Positions 63,201 to 64,000 of a DNA stretch of 64,000 nt are shown in pieces. Numbering within the stretch: the first letter of the stretch is position 1; every line of letters starts with the position of its first letter. The stretch comes from Amoebophrya sp. A120 (Eukaryota > Protista > Dinoflagellata): positions 5,401,700 to 5,465,699 of the forward strand of contig CAJINV010000003.1 in assembly GCA_905178155.1 (NCBI GenBank). Reading direction: 5' to 3'. The notes under the pieces were generated by a model. It saw nothing but the letters and a program-made list of their open reading frames with translations, was not told the origin of the DNA and ran no database searches. The position numbers and the translations under genes were made by a program.

Positions 63201-64000
63201 ATCCGACAAGCCCGCCACGGAGACGGCGGTATCAAGTGTAAAAATGTCTGGGTCGGGAAGGATGTAATTTGTGATGCGCATTTTAGAACACACAAAAATC
63301 TCTGATGCACAGGCAGCAAGAGCTGCTCACTTTTTGTCACCAAAATGGGGCATTTGTCATGCGGATTCGGCACTGCGGAAGCTTCTCGAAACCTGTGATG
63401 CTAGAGCGTCCATGTCAGACTTTCTGTTTCATGCAGAAACAGCATGACTCTTCCAGACCCAGACATTTTTACATTTGATAGGCGGCGGGCGCGAACCACG
63501 GCGCGAGGTTCGGGGTCGCGCAGTAGGCGTTCTGGAAGAGGTTCTGCATCTGCTGCAGGCTGCTCACCTGCCACCGGTAGGTGCAGGGCCGGGCGTTGTA
63601 CGCATTCAGGAACATCCCGGAGATGTCGGTGACCTGGCGCAGGTCCCAATCGTGCACCTTGGGGTTCGCCGCGTACGCATCCTGGAACATGTTTTTCAAA
63701 GATCGCGTCTTGGACGTCTTCCAAATAGAGGTGTCCGGATTGGCCTTGGACGCGAAAGCGAACATCTATTACGATGAAAAATGTATGCCCCCACCCCCGA
63801 ACTTCTTGGGAGCGTTTGCATTGCAAACCTTTCCAAGTGAAACGCCCGTCCTTTTGCATCTATCAGCATCACAGATTTCCAATTGTGAATACGAATAGCA
63901 AAAGTTTGCATTGCAAAAGATCCTAGCAAGAGCGGCGCTTGTCATGCAAGTGATGCGATACAGATACACGCCTAGACTCTGCATCAGAAAGATTCATACT
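54229..64000 (-). CDS. Large DUF285/BspA-like repeat surface protein with PKD-like domains and a C-terminal TM helix; 5' part beyond the window; at least 15 introners
   Basis: Many W(D/N)(V/T)xxVxxMxxMF repeats; YxxxVYWGD...TY...GSYPVVIVG PKD-like modules; C-terminal ILWVQIYFIILCLCTWRR; one junction near 60590-60830 unresolved. Confidence 0.82.
54704..54966. mobile_element. Introner family C
   Basis: TSD TGTAG; PDY|SNEY. Confidence 0.9.
55293..55558. mobile_element. Introner family C variant
   Basis: TSD TCGCC; ARA|MFEN. Confidence 0.88.
55646..55864. mobile_element. Introner family G (TIR TATC.CA.GAAAAAACTGTTTCACTGTAA)
   Basis: TSD CATGT; VYM|DEMF. Confidence 0.9.
55958..56278. mobile_element. 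Introner family E
   Basis: TSD CCCAG; APLG|CVNS. Confidence 0.9.
56320..56554. mobile_element. Introner family H (TIR TATGG.GTTCTCAA.TGTTACATTCTCAACTGTTACATGA)
   Basis: TSD CGGAC; GSVR|MWSY. Confidence 0.9.
56571..56876. mobile_element. Introner family I
   Basis: TSD GAACT; PTKF|GSVR. Confidence 0.9.
57628..57777. mobile_element. Introner family B
   Basis: TSD AGGTA; WNT|SKLQ. Confidence 0.88.
57825..58076. mobile_element. Introner family C
   Basis: TSD ACGCG; MFA|YATN. Confidence 0.9.
58583..58878. mobile_element. Introner family C variant
   Basis: TSD CATCC; TPD|VLNW. Confidence 0.85.
59130..59409. mobile_element. Introner family A
   Basis: TSD AAGAG; EGS|STVV. Confidence 0.92.
61011..61161. 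mobile_element. Introner family B
   Basis: TSD CGAAG; ASF|AQWQ. Confidence 0.9.
61990..62346. mobile_element. Introner family E with an internal perfect hairpin
   Basis: TSD GAACA; AFLF|QYCD; palindrome at 62052-62116. Confidence 0.9.
62627..62848. mobile_element. Introner family G (opposite orientation to the 55646 copy)
   Basis: TSD CATGC; AQH|AYTI. Confidence 0.88.
63230..63480. mobile_element. Introner family C
   Basis: TSD GGCGG; APAA|VSVA. Confidence 0.9.
63767..64000. mobile_element. Introner family D, truncated by the window end
   Basis: Body closely similar to 35497-35801. Confidence 0.8.

Noticed and set aside
28316-63480. Recurrent peptides such as SNVKMSGSG, LPDPDIF, WGGGIF and LVWVRFYSG in many ORFs
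   Set aside because: They are translations of introner TIRs, not a protein repeat family
1-64000. tRNA/rRNA genes and dinoflagellate spliced-leader relics
   Set aside because: None recognised by eye; tRNAscan, Infernal and a motif search would be needed to exclude them

Overview
Eukaryotic protist DNA, most consistent with a Syndiniales parasitic dinoflagellate such as Amoebophrya (inferred from gene organisation, not proven). All ~11 recognisable host genes lie on the minus strand: a RarA/MgsA-C-like protein, an MSS51-C-like protein, an alpha/beta-hydrolase-like membrane protein, a DnaJ-thioredoxin ER protein, a double-GFA protein, a NEK kinase, an MFS transporter-GNAT fusion, a CDF metal transporter, a multi-TM protein, a DUF285/BspA-like surface protein and a weak hypothetical gene. 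The dominant feature is ~43 non-coding elements with terminal inverted repeats (TIRs), mostly with TAY...RTA ends and 5-bp target-site duplications (TSDs), in at least 8 sequence families. 39 complete copies sit inside coding sequence. In each of the 39, removing the element plus one 5-nt flank (checked by hand) restores the reading frame, with no consistent GT-AG ends, so they behave as non-canonical introns (introners). Ordinary GT-AG introns occur in the same genes. Highlights: an ~8-kb APE-RT non-LTR retrotransposon nested inside one introner, an in-window empty-site copy of one insertion, an 11-nt micro-exon, orientation-independent removal, a TGTnATGC motif shared across families, a TSD converted into an inverted repeat that points to the splice register, and a separate hAT-type MITE with an 8-bp TSD. 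All coordinates were counted by eye.
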